Shown: positions 13,646 through 26,242, counted from the first letter of the whole stretch. The stretch is 63,985 nt of DNA, filler included, from Circinaria calcarea (GCA_051942165.1; 4 parts of 4 records of this genome joined end to end with filler, not necessarily neighbours in it), one strand, 5' to 3'. The notes: generated by a model not told the origin, from the sequence alone. Made by a program: numbers and translations.

Positions 13646-15572
13646 AGGCGATGGCGAGGGAAGCGAATGATCTGGGGGACGACGAGACTAGTAACGATCA
13701 CGACTGTAACTCGGGGTGTGACGGTTTACCGCTGTATCGCTGTTTTCACTTTTTTGGAGGAGTTGAACGGTGGTTTCCCACTTTGGGTAAGTGTCACAGG
13801 GGGTTGTTGTGTCGTGCTGGTTCTACTTTTCTTACTTTCCAATGGCATATGTGTACTCTACTTCATACATTAGATATAAGGGGCGGCAGAGTATTTTGAT
13901 GGCGAGGGAGGGCGGGGGGGAAGAGGGTTTGGGGGTTTGAGAGTGCGCAGGAGGGAATGGCTCTGTATTCACGACGAGGGTTGAGGATCGGCTATTCTCC
14001 TCTGTATTCATCATTCAACGATCTGTTTTCCCATCCTACTTTTAGCGAACTGGATCGTCTACCGGGAAACACTCGTATTGAGATGGCGACTTTTAGCGCC
14101 ACGGAAGAGCGACAGGCTCGGACGGTCTGCCCGTCACGCCACTGGTAGTGGGGTAGAAGGACGGAAGTCGACAATGTGGAGATGCGCCGATTCGACCGGG
14201 GGTGGAAGAAGTTGGGGGAAGGGATCGACAGCAAGAAAACCTTCTAGAACGACTTGGATCGGGGGCCGCTGGGGGGCTCAACGGGTTCCCGGTGATCAGG
14301 AGTCAAGAGATTGTGCATGGGGAGGGGGGAGTAATTCGATAGGGTGAGGGTAGGAGCGGTGAATGTTTTGTATTCTTCCAGATGCGGAGATGTGGGAGCA
14401 ATCATCTTGGCGGGGGATTTCTGGTGACATAATGGGAAATGTTTGGGGAGAGGAGGGGAAGTGTATGTGCGGGTGGTGGAAAATGGGATACAGTGCACCG
14501 TTGCTACCGTGGATCGATCATGGTGAAGTCGGACAGTTACTCGGTATCAAATGTTTGGAGCTCGGAGGGGTTTTGGGTGGCAGCCGCAGCAGAGAGTGGG
14601 AGATGTCGTATCGCTCATCCTCTTTTGAAAGCATCGGGGGGATCTTGGATCTTTACGTCGTAGGATAGAGAGAGAAAAAGTCCCTCACATCGTACAGAAG
14701 TAAATCGCCATCTATTTTGGGAGTGGTCTCTAGTCCCCATTCGCCTTACCTTGCCCAATGCGGACCGGTGAGGGCTTGGCGTCCAGCACAGAAGGCGGCT
14801 TCGGCGTACGGTAAGCTCATTCAGTTGGTCCTAGTGGGAGTCGGCAGCAAATTTCGCCCATTGCCCATCCGCCCAGAGCGATTAGTCTCTCTCTCGCTCT
14901 CTCTCTCTCCACACACAAACCCGGACACTCGTGCTCTAAGCAGCCTCACTACTCTGTACTCCCTCTCCTCCACCTCAGTCCCCTCCCCCTCCTTCACCGT
15001 CGTGGTTGAGTTCATCGGTGGGGATATCTTCGTCTGCAGCAGGAGTCCTTCTTCTGCCAGGCATCAGACCTTGATCAACACGCAAAAGCCCGGCTCAGCT
15101 GACGAGAAGTGGTCGGGAGCCTTACACTTTCGGTCGGACATTCGGTCGAAAGCTCGTTAAGCCCATCAGCTCGTGCAACACCAAGTCAAGTCGTTTGACC
15201 ATCTGGCCGAGAAGACATCGTCAGTCGTCCTGCACTCTACGTCTCTGCATCCCCGACGCTCGTTGGTTATTCCTCGTACCATCTTCCCTTCACCCTCTCC
15301 AATCCTGCTCTGCCACCTTCACCGCCTCTTGAGAGGCTTAAAAGGTCCTTGGCCCCAAACTGACACCTCCCACTAGGCTGCACCTCCCCCGCCAACTCAC
15401 CTCGCTTGCTTCACATCTGCAGTGAAGCAAGCCGTTCATCGACCCTCATCAACACCCATTCTCTACTGCTGCAACAGCCGTACGCTTCTTCCAACGCTCT
15501 GGAAAGACCATCGTCCGGAACATCCAACGCGAAAGAACAGGTGACCTGGGCAGGCAGTCATAAAACGTAACA

Positions 15573-16767
15573 ATGACCACAATGGTGGGTGCAACCGCTT
15601 CAGCCTCAAAGCCCAACCCTCTTGGTCTCTGATTCCCTTTTCCTATCTCTGCACACGATTGCAGTGTCCAGCCTTCGTTGGGATTAGGTCCACGCTGCCA
15701 TGGAGGTAGACGTACAAGAAGCCCCGTACACTGTGACCTCCTACACATCTCCTACCTTATCTGATTCAAGCTCTATGGATTGAGTCGGCTTTGATAGACA
15801 TCGGTCAATCGGCTGTTCTGGCACAAGCGGTTCTCTTGGTAGCGTTGCTGACTTACGTATTCTAGGATCTCCGCGTGGGGAACAAATACCGTATCGGTCG
15901 TAAGATTGGCAGTGGTAGCTTTGGTGATATCTACCTTGGTATGGGGCATTAATATGGCAGTTGACAGCCTTGATACTAACCGTTTTCCAGGCACCAATAT
16001 CATCTCCGGCGAGGAAATTGCCATCAAGCTTGAGAGTGTCAAAGCCAAGCACCCTCAACTCGAGTATGAAGCGCGTGTCTACAAATCGCTCGCTGGGGGT
16101 GTGGGCATCCCGTTTGTCCGTTGGTTTGGTACTGAATGTGACTACAACGCCATGGTTCTCGATCTCCTCGGCCCCAGTCTTGAGGATCTTTTCAACTTTT
16201 GCAACCGCAAATTCTCCTTGAAGACCGTGCTCCTGTTGGCCGACCAGCTCATCTCCCGTATCGAATACATTCATGCCAAGTCGTTCATCCACCGTGACAT
16301 CAAGCCTGACAATTTTTTGATGGGCATTGGCAAGCGTGGCAATCAAGTCAACGTGATTGATTTTGGACTGGCCAAGAAATACCGAGACCCCAAGACCCAT
16401 TTCCATATCCCATATCGTGAGAACAAGAACTTGACCGGTACTGCTCGTTATGCTAGTATCAACACTCACTTGGGCGTTGGTACGTATACACCATAGCATA
16501 TTCGTTTCGCTTTGATGCTGATTCTTCAATAGAGCAATCCCGTCGTGATGACATGGAGTCCCTTGGATATGTCATGCTCTATTTTTGCCGTGGCTCTCTT
16601 CCATGGCAGGGGCTAAAAGCGGCTACCAAGAAGCAGAAATACGATCGTATCATGGAGAAAAAGATGACGACACCCACCGAGGTCCTTTGCCGTGGATTCC
16701 CCAACGAGTTTGCCATCTACCTCAACTATACGCGATCCCTTCGCTTTGATGACAAGCCAGACTATTC
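15573..16767 (+). CDS. HRR25: Casein kinase I (Hrr25/Hhp1/CK-1a type), truncated by the assembly gap
   Basis: Micro-exon ATGACCACAATG (MTTM, 15573-15584), intron to 15865, then [75 protein letters not shown]. Confidence 0.95.
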
Positions 16768-16867
16768 NNNNNNNNNNNNNNNNNNNNNNNNNNNNNNNNN
16801 NNNNNNNNNNNTTAATTAATTAANNNNNNNNNNNNNNNNNNNNNNNNNNNNNNNNNNNNNNNNNNNN
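16768..16867. other. Artificial contig linker N44-TTAATTAATTAA-N44
   Basis: Identical 100-nt spacer at three places; the 12-mer has stops in all six frames. Confidence 0.97.
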
Positions 16868-16985
16868 GGGAAAAGGGAAAAGGGAAAAGGGAAAAGGGAA
16901 AAGGGAAAAGGGAAAAGGGAAAAGGGAAAAGGGAAAAGGGAAAAGGGAAAAGGGAAAAGGGAAAAGGGAAAAGGGAAAAGGGAAA
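16868..16985 (+). repeat. Perfect heptamer tandem repeat (GGGAAAA)16 plus a partial unit, at a contig end
   Basis: Read directly; true length is unknown because it abuts the gap. Confidence 0.95.
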
Positions 16986-17575
16986 TATCCTTTTTTCGGA
17001 GGGGGTAACTGTTTTTTCGAACCCAGGGCGGGGACGGGGATTATAGGATAAGGATAAAGTGATAGTAGATAAATTGGAGAATTTTAAAATCTCCCCCTTG
17101 GGGGGGGACTTTGGACTTTTGGCCAAAATTAACAACCAAAACTACTTGGGCGTCTACCAGATAATCTTTGGATTAAGCGGGTTTTTTGTGGGGGCAAGCG
17201 GGGGATGGAATTTATGAACGAGTTTGTTTGGTAAAGGGGTACCAAAAGGTCCGTCCTACTCTATTTTCGCGTTCTGGAAGGGGTGGGGCGGAGGTAGATT
17301 TTCGGCTTGGAGGTGTTAGGTAGTGTTTGCTGTTGCTGGTGCGAGATATCTTTTGCTTCCTTTGATTTTAGGAGAAGAAAATACGGTGGAACGGTCAGTT
17401 GGCAGAGGCAAGAGGGAAGAGGGAAGAGGCAAAAAAGTAAGAAAGAGGACCTGTTGGTTTTTTTTGGAATATGGGCGGGATCTCGCTACATACGACCATA
17501 GATATTTGATCGATACTCTATTTCCCCGAGGACTCCTTCCTTCAGGTCCCGAGCTGTCATAGCCAGGGGGAAAAA

Positions 17576-19516
17576 ATGTCTCAACAGACCGCCACCGAAC
17601 CCTCGACTCGCCTCGTGCACATCCCATCAGGCACCACCTCGCCCTACCCCCTCGGCGGCATGCCCCCATACATGGCAATCTCCCATACCTGGGCCGACCG
17701 GCTCTTCGCCCCAGGCATGCCGTTCCCAGAGACCCGCGGGAGACGAGCGATCGCGTGCTTGGCGGACACGGAATACCGCGGTATCCGCTACTGCTGGATC
17801 GACACCCTCTGCATCGACCAGTCCGACCCGGCGGACAAACAGCGGCAGATCCCGCTCATGGGGGATATCTACGGGAACGCAGCCGTGGTCGTCATACTGA
17901 CCCTCGAGCCCTTTGGGATTTCGCAAGCAGAGATCGACGCCGTGACGGAAGATGTGCGGGGCGCGGTGGAGATGTCGGTCCACGGTTCCTGGATGGAGCA
18001 TGGCAAACTATGGACGTCGTCGGAGAAGCACCGTCGGCGGCTGGTGAGAGCGATGGATGGCCCCGAGGTGTTTACGCGGCCGATGTGGGGCTCGAGGGTC
18101 TGGACGATGCAGGAATTCATTCTGGCCCGGAGGACCATGTGGGTTGGGGGGGATCTGCAGGCCTTGAGGGTAGAGGAGCAGTTGTTCCAAGCGATCCCGG
18201 ATGTGTGCGATTACTTGTCGATTGAGGAGTGCATTGGTGGGAAGTACAGTAAGCTGTACAGCCACTTCCAAGGGATGGCGGGCGCCCGCCAACGCCAGGT
18301 GGAACCGACCCGTGTAATGGAGCTCCTTGGAAACAAAACGGCGACTGTACCGGAAGATGAGATCTTCGGATTAATGGCCGCCAGTGGGGTGGTTCTGAAC
18401 GAAACACACATTGTTGGGAAAGAGAAGGTTTGGGCGCTTTGGTGGGAGAAGGCTGTCCGCACTGGCCATGTCCGCTGGGCATTACTTCCCCCCGCCACGC
18501 CTACCGCGGTTGATGCCCCGGGGACAGGACGAAATTGCATCATGCCGGCCTTTTCTGTCCGTCACTTAGCCTCTTCGAACTCTGCGCTGGATTCCGCCCA
18601 GCCGTACGGGCCAGTAGAGGTTACAGATGGCACTGTGAGCATGATCGGGCGTTTGGCGGGCCGTTGTGAGATTGTCCGTCAGCTTGGGCGTGTACACCAG
18701 ACTCGGGGCGTGGTGTTTAGAGATGTGACCTTGGTGCTATTTGCTTGCAACAACTGGAGTCTTGCTCTCCGCGTCGCGGCTGCGTTTGGCACCGGGAGGT
18801 ACAACCTCACACAGCGGGCGATCATTGCTCAAGTCCTTCTTTTCAACTATTACCGTGCCAAACTGGCCGTTCTCGAGCAAAGAGCCAGATCGTTTCGACC
18901 TCGGTTTCGAAACCAGCTCCAAGCTTCCATCTGGGCGGATTTCATGCTGGTGCAGTCGACCCATATGCGGGTTATGACCGAGGGCTTGACCTTCCTCGCA
19001 AGGATCTCGAACAGCATGAACGGTACGGATGTCGTTGTTGTGACCGATGGCGAGATTCCATCCGGTAGCCTTTGGGCACTGGATTTCGGGGCCGTCAACG
19101 AAAGCGAGAAGACCATGTTTACGATCGTCAGGGACCCCTAGGGCGTAGCGGCGGCAGATATTTCACACTCCTGCAACGCTTCCGGTTCGCCGTCACTGCA
19201 TCGGGTAGGTGTCTCGATGTACATGCAGGTGACGGAAGACATGGACGAAGCTCTCAAATACGCGTCTCATATTCTTGACCAGCCCAAGACCACTGATCGC
19301 TTCCGTGTCGGCGGAGATTCGTGTCCTGTCTGTCCGACGTTACCCGTAGGGGGGAGGCAGGAGTACAAGGGAGAGTTGGAGAAGCAGCGTTGGACCAAGA
19401 TGGAAGAACAATCCACGTTAAAACACCATACCAGATTGAAAATGCGCAGGCAGAACAAGGCACTCAAACTACGATGGAAAAAAAGAGCTAGACCCAGGTC
19501 CGCAAATCCAGATTAA
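17576..19516 (+). pseudogene. Intronless HET-domain (PF06985-type) gene with one in-frame TAG at 19139-19141; pseudogene or recoded gene
   Basis: HET motifs YMAISHTW, YCWIDTLCIDQSD..DKQRQIPLMGDIYGNA, WGSRVWTMQE. After the TAG the same frame stays open to TAA at 19514-19516 (19217-17576=1641, divisible by 3). Confidence 0.8.
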
Positions 19517-20388
19517 TATTTTCGTGGAATGATTAAAATTATCCATATAACTGGTTGTTATGAGTTAGTCGTTTTATGTCTCTCACGAGCACGTCTGTGT
19601 TTTCTCGGTGTATATATTTCACATCGAAAGCAACCAACTTGAGAAGATCATAGAAAAGTGCGGTAGTATTATTATACCGAACCTAGTTACCAACTCGATA
19701 CGATCGGCAAATGAATACAAGCTACCTTGCAATTAAGACGAAGAACACCATTGAAGACCATTGAAGACCATTGAACCACCATGAAAGTCATGGACAGTAG
19801 CATAAGATCGGAGCTGAGACGAAAAACCCGTGGTAAAGTCTGCTTGCTCTGTTAAGCTAGACAAGAAAGCGAGTACATAATATACATATAAAGAAGTCAA
19901 ATAGGAACACATCGGCCCTGCCCCTTCCGTTCCATACTTGCGGCCTGCACCCAGCATATATTCATCCGATATGCATGCAGCCCATTTAAACCTCCTTCCC
20001 CCAATCGTACCATTTCGCCCTCAGCCTCCAGAGTCGAGAAGATTTCGTCATGTGAACCGAATGAAATAAAAGGACGAACTGTAGTATCCAAAGGGTATCT
20101 AGGGTGTGGTAAAAATGTGGCTAGAATAGAATGGAATTCGAAACCGGATGCGGCCTCAACCGCTTCCCCTCAGCTGAATTGAATAAGTGGACTTAAGCAC
20201 TCGCCAAGTCCTCAAGTATGGCGAAGCAGATTGACTTCTAAAGTCCAAAACGGCCAATGCTAATAGCCATTTAGTCATAAATCGAACGATTTCGTTGAAT
20301 ATAAAAGAAATCCTGTGGGCTGCATTCACATATCAAGTGGCAGTACAACATGCAAAATGTCGCAATTCATATTCTTAGCATCCTTAGG

Positions 20389-22354
20389 CTATGCATCCTC
20401 GATGATCAAATGATGGCTCTTCCGACTGGCAACCGCCTTCCATTCCCCTTCTTCTTTACCTTCCCCGTTTACACTTACCAGCTTGGGCTGCATAGGCTGC
20501 CTGGCTGTCTTCGGTACAATTGGCACAAGCAACTGCCTCTGCTTTCTCGAAAGCGAAATCTGGCGTGCAACAGAGATTTCCGCGGCCGACGGGGGTAAAA
20601 TCGACCGGGGTTTTGTATTTTTTACGCTGCCAAACCTTTCGTTTGCGACGGTGGGTTTACTTTTGCCATTGACGGAGAAGGCCGAAGTAGGTGGATGGAA
20701 TTTTGGAGGGGATTTCAGATGAACAGGAACCGAAGGTTTGGGAGCATCGTCGATAATTGAGACTGGCTGGGGATTTCGGCGGTACTTGGCTGGAGGAGAT
20801 GCCAGTTTGAAGTCCGCAGGTACGGTGTTAATTTGTGAGGAGAGTTGAGGTGAAAGGAGCTTGACACTCGTGAGTCTAGTATCCTGAGGCGAGGAATCTA
20901 AGTCGTAGCCATCGGCTGTACTGGCTTCGGTGGATGCAGGTGAGAAGTCCGAACTCCATTTTGGTTTGTGTGAGCTTGCGGGTGTGGCAGATGACTGGAA
21001 AGGACTTCGAACCATGAGAACAACTGCATTCTGTTCGTCAATTGTAGACTTAGTAAGCTCAAATTTAGGCCGCATAGGAGAGCTGGTATTAGGTACAGTT
21101 GCGGAGCGTTGGAGAGGCGTAGACTTGTGCAAGGGTAGAGGTGATGGAATCCCGTTAGCTGAAGGTGTCGTTGAGGGGAAAAGAGAAAAATATGGTGACT
21201 TTGCTTGCGGAGAGGGTGATGTAGCCCGTCGTTGTGGCGTAAGAAGGCCAGCATCGTCCTTTTCCGGTTCAGCCTGCTCCATTGTCAGCCAGACTGCAAT
21301 AAGCCTAAGATTGGATATGAGGGTCTACCAAATAGGGTTCATCCTTCACCACACTTTTAAGCTTTTCGAGCTGAGCCTTCCTTCGCACTAACAGAGAGGG
21401 CTGCTGTGGCCGGAGAACGTTTCCGAACATCACGCTGTACCTTTCCATCGTGAAATTTGGTATGTCGACCTGCAGCATCATAGGGCCGTCATCAGACCGA
21501 GCCCGTGATAAATCCTTCTGGTCTTTGTAATCCTTGGGAGGAGGGGTAGGACTCTTTCTTTCACTTTGAAACATGGGCGCCGTGTGTGCTCTGTGTATAT
21601 CGGGCTTAGTATTCACACCTTGGTCCTTTGGGTGGGTTCGTGATTTGCCTGAGCTATCTCTTCCGGTCTCCCGGCTCTTACTGTGCGATCCGAGCTTTCT
21701 AGGTTTTCCTGCTTCACGGTTCGACTTGTAATAGGGCTGGGGCGGTTTGACTCCTGTATGCGGGGCTGGGGGTATCGCTGGTTGAAGCTGGTAGAAAGCC
21801 GAGGCCGGTGAAGCCGGGGTTGATGCATTTTTCTTTCCAAAGAAACCCCCAAACATTTTCCACTTCCCTTTTTGCTTCATGGTATCCTCAATTTCTGCCC
21901 TATGGGGATTGGCGGAGTGTGGTGCTGGCGGACTGTCGACGAAGAACGCGATATTCGGTGCTGCTTCAACTGGCAAAGGGGGTAATGGATTTTGGCAAGG
22001 GCTGCCTAGTGCCATAGCTATCGTGATATTCTCTGTACCGGCAATATCATAAACATTGTGTGGTTGAGACGCAGTCCGATAAGCTTGGCTATGGGATGGC
22101 TTTGGGAGCTTTTCGTCTCTTGCTGCCGTTTTTGTAGCAGATGGTTGCGTGTCGATGGGACCATTGGCTGTCCTTGGTCTCGGTATCGACTGTTTCCTTC
22201 GGGTGCTTGGATCGCCGGGAAGGTTGTATAGATCGTTACGGGGCTCCGCGTCGGTGGCAATGAATACTGGAGGGGATACTCCGTCCTCCTTGGATCCACC
22301 ACCCCACGCTTTGGAGCGAAAGGATCTCGACCTTGACAACATCCCCTTCACCAT
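20389..22354 (-). CDS. Low-complexity Pro/Ser-rich fungal protein of unknown function, two exons
   Basis: ORFs 21305-22354 and 20389-21282 are joined in frame by an intron GTAGAC...GCTGAC...CAG (about 21328-21275). Short conserved-looking blocks KWKMFGGFFGKK, LQVDIPNFTMERYSVMFG and EISVARQISLSRKQRQLLVP. An upstream exon is possible. Confidence 0.7.
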
Positions 22355-24152
22355 CGCTACACCAACCTAGTATAATACCAAAGGATGTAATGCTGTGATT
22401 GTGGATTTTCTTGAAATGATTCGTGATGCTTGGACGGCGTTTGTGGAGGACTCCTAAGAACGGCCACTTCGGAGGCCGAAGCTGTGCTCAAGGCAAGACG
22501 CTTGTCAGTGAACCGTCATCATGACTGATGAAACGAAATGAATACACCGAGGTTGGACGGACGGACAACACCGTCGACATAGCAAGGAAGGTAATGTGAC
22601 AATGAGAGGACTGACAGACTGGCAGTTGAGCATCTCCAGCAGGGTGAGCACGGAGCGAAGAAAGCTCAAAGCTGTGCGCCTAAATACCGATCCTAGTGCA
22701 GTCGGACATAGATGAAAGGGCAATTGGAGGAGGAGGGATCACCGCAGGGTCCATTCGACAGCCTGCTAGGTCATCACTGCGGCTTGAGGCTTTTGCCGGG
22801 TTACTCCCATGGCACGAAGCGGGATGATCAGTGGCACGCAAGTAGAACCAGGATATGAGAGAGTAGAGTGACGACGGAAAGAAAGCGGGAGCGGTTGATT
22901 GCAGTCTTATCAAACGGCTGAACTATCGAATCTCTGACCGGCCGGTCAATGGCCAGTATCAATCATATGGGCGGCTAAAGAGATGACAGATATGAAGATG
23001 AAACTGAGGGACCGGGTCATGCCTGGACACCTTGAAGCCTCGACGTTTGACATGTACTTCATCTCGCGTCAAACTCCCGATTGCGGCGCCTCTGTGCCTT
23101 TCCCGAGACAGATTCGACACAGAGTCCGTGTCTTTGGATGGTCAGCCATAACGTTACACTCTTACGAAGCATTCGGGCGGAATCTTCATTCCATCGTGGT
23201 CAGGGATACGTTGCCGATGGGTTGAGCTGCTTACTCGTCAGGTCGACGAAGAGAGATGTTTCAAAAATCCCGACGGAGTCATCCTTAAATGAATGTCGAA
23301 GCTTGGGTTTGAGATCCGATAACCGAAAGCGCTATCCCTCTTTCGATTTGATTCATGGGGGAAACGTGAATACCTTCACCTTGCAGCCCGGCAGCCTGGC
23401 CGCCTGGCCGCCTGGCTTCCCAGGTTAAATCATAGGTCTGCATGACACAGTGCCCTCGAATGGTTAGTAGAGACTTGTCAGAAACGTTGGTTCTGCTAGT
23501 CTTTAACTGCCTGCCTTTGTTACGCCACAGGTGGTTCGATGTGATTGGGATCTTGACCTGGTCAACAGCAGAGGATCCCCAGTCTGATTCGAATATGCCT
23601 AGGTATGCCGGCGAGGGCCAACAGAAAGGATACAAAGGCTACAATGATCACACCTCAACCGTATCGTAGGGACCTCAAGCACGGCTGGTGGATCGAAGAG
23701 TGCTAACAAGAGATTCTCATTCAGTCCATAATACCCCGTACCAAGGCCATGTCTAAGGCCAAAACCATATATTTGAAAGGAACTCAGTAGATAGCCGATT
23801 ATCCGATTGCGAATCAATCTCTTTTTGGTAGCAAAGCACAGTAGATCCTTGATCACTTTTGATTACATCGGTGTAAACTTGTTATTGATCCTACCGCCCT
23901 TATCGCTGTTGGAATACGGAGTAATAGTGGGGAAGAAGCACAAAATCTGACCGGGGCTTCTTCGGCATAACACCCCCACCCCATCCATCAACGCCCAGTG
24001 CGCACCTTAGGTCTGATAGCACAACTTCGGTTTCTCACGCAACACCTAGACACCGGACTCTTACTGAACTACTTTCATCGCACTCCGCATCGATCAGTTT
24101 GCACGGTCAACTTAGCATCTCCTTTAAACTCTTTCGTCGGAAGACCTGTACG

Positions 24153-24884
24153 ATGTCGTGGCAAGGTAAGTGTTCCTATCTTCCATGGGATGGGATAGGC
24201 TGACTCATACAACCATGGCAGAATATGTCGACACCAGGTATTTACCCTCTTTTCCTCGCAGTATTTGGGCGTCAGAACCTGATCGGGATACAGCCTGGTC
24301 GGAACGGGCAACCTAGACCAAGCCGCCATATTCAGCGTCGCTGGGGATAGTCAATGGGCCATCTCCCGCGGCTTCCACGTATGTCCTTCCTACTTTCATC
24401 CACCAGATAGTCGGCAACGGTACACATGTCAACGAAGCAAGAGCAAAGGGAACAGATCACATTGGTGAAAGTGGGAGCCAGTCATTCAGGCTAATCCTTT
24501 GCCTGCTAGGTCAAACCCGAAGAGCTACAAGCCATAACCGCCGCCTACAAGGACAGCGCGAACGTTTACGCTCATGGTTTTCATGTCGCAGGCAAAAAGT
24601 ACCTCGTTATCAAAGTAGACGATAGGAGTCTATACGGCAAGCAGGTATGCCAGATCTGATCACTAGCACATCGCCGCCCATTCCCTCCCTTCTGTTATAC
24701 ATCCCCACAGAACGCTGATTTGTGGAATATGCTGTCTTTGGATATATAGGGCAAAGAAGGCGTCATTGTAGTCAAGACAAAACAAGCAATCCTCGTCACA
24801 CACCACCCCGAGAGCATACAATCACCTACAGCGGCCAAGACAGTCGAGCAATTGGCAGATTACTTGATCAGTGTGGGATACTAG
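24153..24884 (+). CDS. PFY1: Profilin, five small exons (absent from the ORF track)
   Basis: Manual splicing gives MSWQEYVDTSLVGTGNLDQAAIFSVAGDSQWAISRGFHVKPEELQAITAAYKDSANVYAHGFHVAGKKYLVIKVDDRSLYGKQGKEGVIVVKTKQAILVTHHPESIQSPTAAKTVEQLADYLISVGY*, with four GT-AG introns. Confidence 0.95.
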
Positions 24885-25855
24885 ATTCCGTCAACAGTTC
24901 GCTGCTTGTCCCTTTTCTGCATGATCATGATGGACGACACTGCTCAATTTTTTCTGTCCTCTTGACACAATTACCCCCGTCAAAAGGGAAGAAGGGTGGT
25001 TTCCAGATTTGAAAGAGGCTAGATCCGTACTTTACGATGAAAATTTGACCTTGCATAGCCTTTGATGAGAAATATGTTCTTTCATGCCAGATAAACTTGG
25101 CCAAGATATTCCATAATGATACTTCTTCGCTAATACCTTTTTGTGCGAGACAGCAGAAAGGTCGAAGATTCCAACTGCTGTGCCCTCGTGAAAATGATAT
25201 CTGACTGTCAAGGCAGATAATCCATTAAAACGAAAGACACGAGGATGTAGTAATGACTGGGAGCAGATGGAAGAGAGGTAATTCCCTGGATAAGAAGTTG
25301 TCCATGTCAAACCCTGCTCCCATCACTGAGCTTCCTTTTCCTCTAGCCTCTTCCTCTTTTCCCTCCATCGTCACCCCAACGTCCGCCTCCCTCTCCCAAC
25401 CCTCCTTGCCGTGAATATCACCGAAAAACCCAACCGGGCCCCAAGCTTACTCCCAACTCCCTTTCTGTGTGCCTGCGTAAACCATGCCCGACTTACTGCA
25501 GGCAAGAGCATGGACTTGCTCACGCTAACTCCATGCTCTTTTTTCAAGATATTCTGGAATCTACGGAAGGAGGGGTTAGGAATGATGTTGGTACAGATGG
25601 CTTATGTAAAAGGTGAGGGGAAGAGAAGAGAGAAGGAAGGAGAGAGGCGAAGAGTTTGGGGGATAGTGAGGAAGTCCTCGTGGTTGGATTAGCCCTTGTG
25701 ATAGGAATTAATCAACGGCAAATCCAGAAATGGGTATTCAGCGTTGGGATACTGTTACAAAGCAGCCCTGGGAATTATCTTTGCAGTGAGAGGTGTGGGG
25801 GTTTACTTCCGTACGTAAAATCCTACTCCAAACCGAACACTATTTTTTAGATTCT

Positions 25856-26242
25856 CGGGGTTTCGAAAAACCACCTCGAAAATTCATGAATTTTATTATT
25901 TCCCTACACGCACGAGGTCTTTTTTATAAAGAATTCACTTTATTCTAGATCTGGTAATAATCTATAATCTGTTAAAATCTTAGCTTATTCTATCTTAAAA
26001 GTGGAAAGTAATTCGTGATTTCTTAAAATTTTAAGTTATGTTTAAGGTGAGCTCGGGATTCAACCAGTAGAATTCTCAACTTTAATTAATTTACCATCCA
26101 TATTTGCTGAATCATCTGAAATCGTAGATCTACTAGAATAGACTATAATCCAGGGTATGTGTAAATTTTATTGATTTATAATGAGTGGATGTGGATTAAA
26201 TAGACAATTCGTTGATTTTCGAGGTGGTTTTTCGAGGCCCCG
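25856..26242. mobile_element. MITE-like non-autonomous element, 387 bp, with 37-bp imperfect terminal inverted repeats
   Basis: Left CGGGGTTTCGAAAAACCACCTCGAAAATTCATGAATT versus reverse complement of right CGGGGCCTCGAAAAACCACCTCGAAAATCAACGAATT (32/37 identical). AT-rich interior with no ORF in the track. No clear TSD. Confidence 0.75.

Noticed and set aside
13900..14700. Cluster of short ORFs between the kelch gene and casein kinase I
   Set aside because: Low-complexity G-rich sequence; no consistent spliced model or known motif.
15741..16529. 262-aa minus-strand ORF, and similar antisense ORFs over HET, VPS41, CCT7 and the repeat gene
   Set aside because: Shadow ORFs of well-supported genes on the opposite strand, with no recognisable motifs.
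16812..16823. Palindromic TTAATTAATTAA recurring three times (also 33649 and 50456)
   Set aside because: Always centred between 44-N runs; it is a six-frame-stop assembly linker, not a biological site.
16868..16985. (GGGAAAA)n as a telomere
   Set aside because: It does not match TTAGGG-type fungal telomeres; it is an all-purine strand rather than the C/A-rich strand expected at a left end, and it abuts an artificial gap.
15573..19516. Casein kinase I plus HET gene as a functional cluster
   Set aside because: They lie on different contigs separated by a linker.
19747..19780. Short CCATTGAAGA tandem repeat
   Set aside because: Only about 3 degenerate copies; ordinary slippage.
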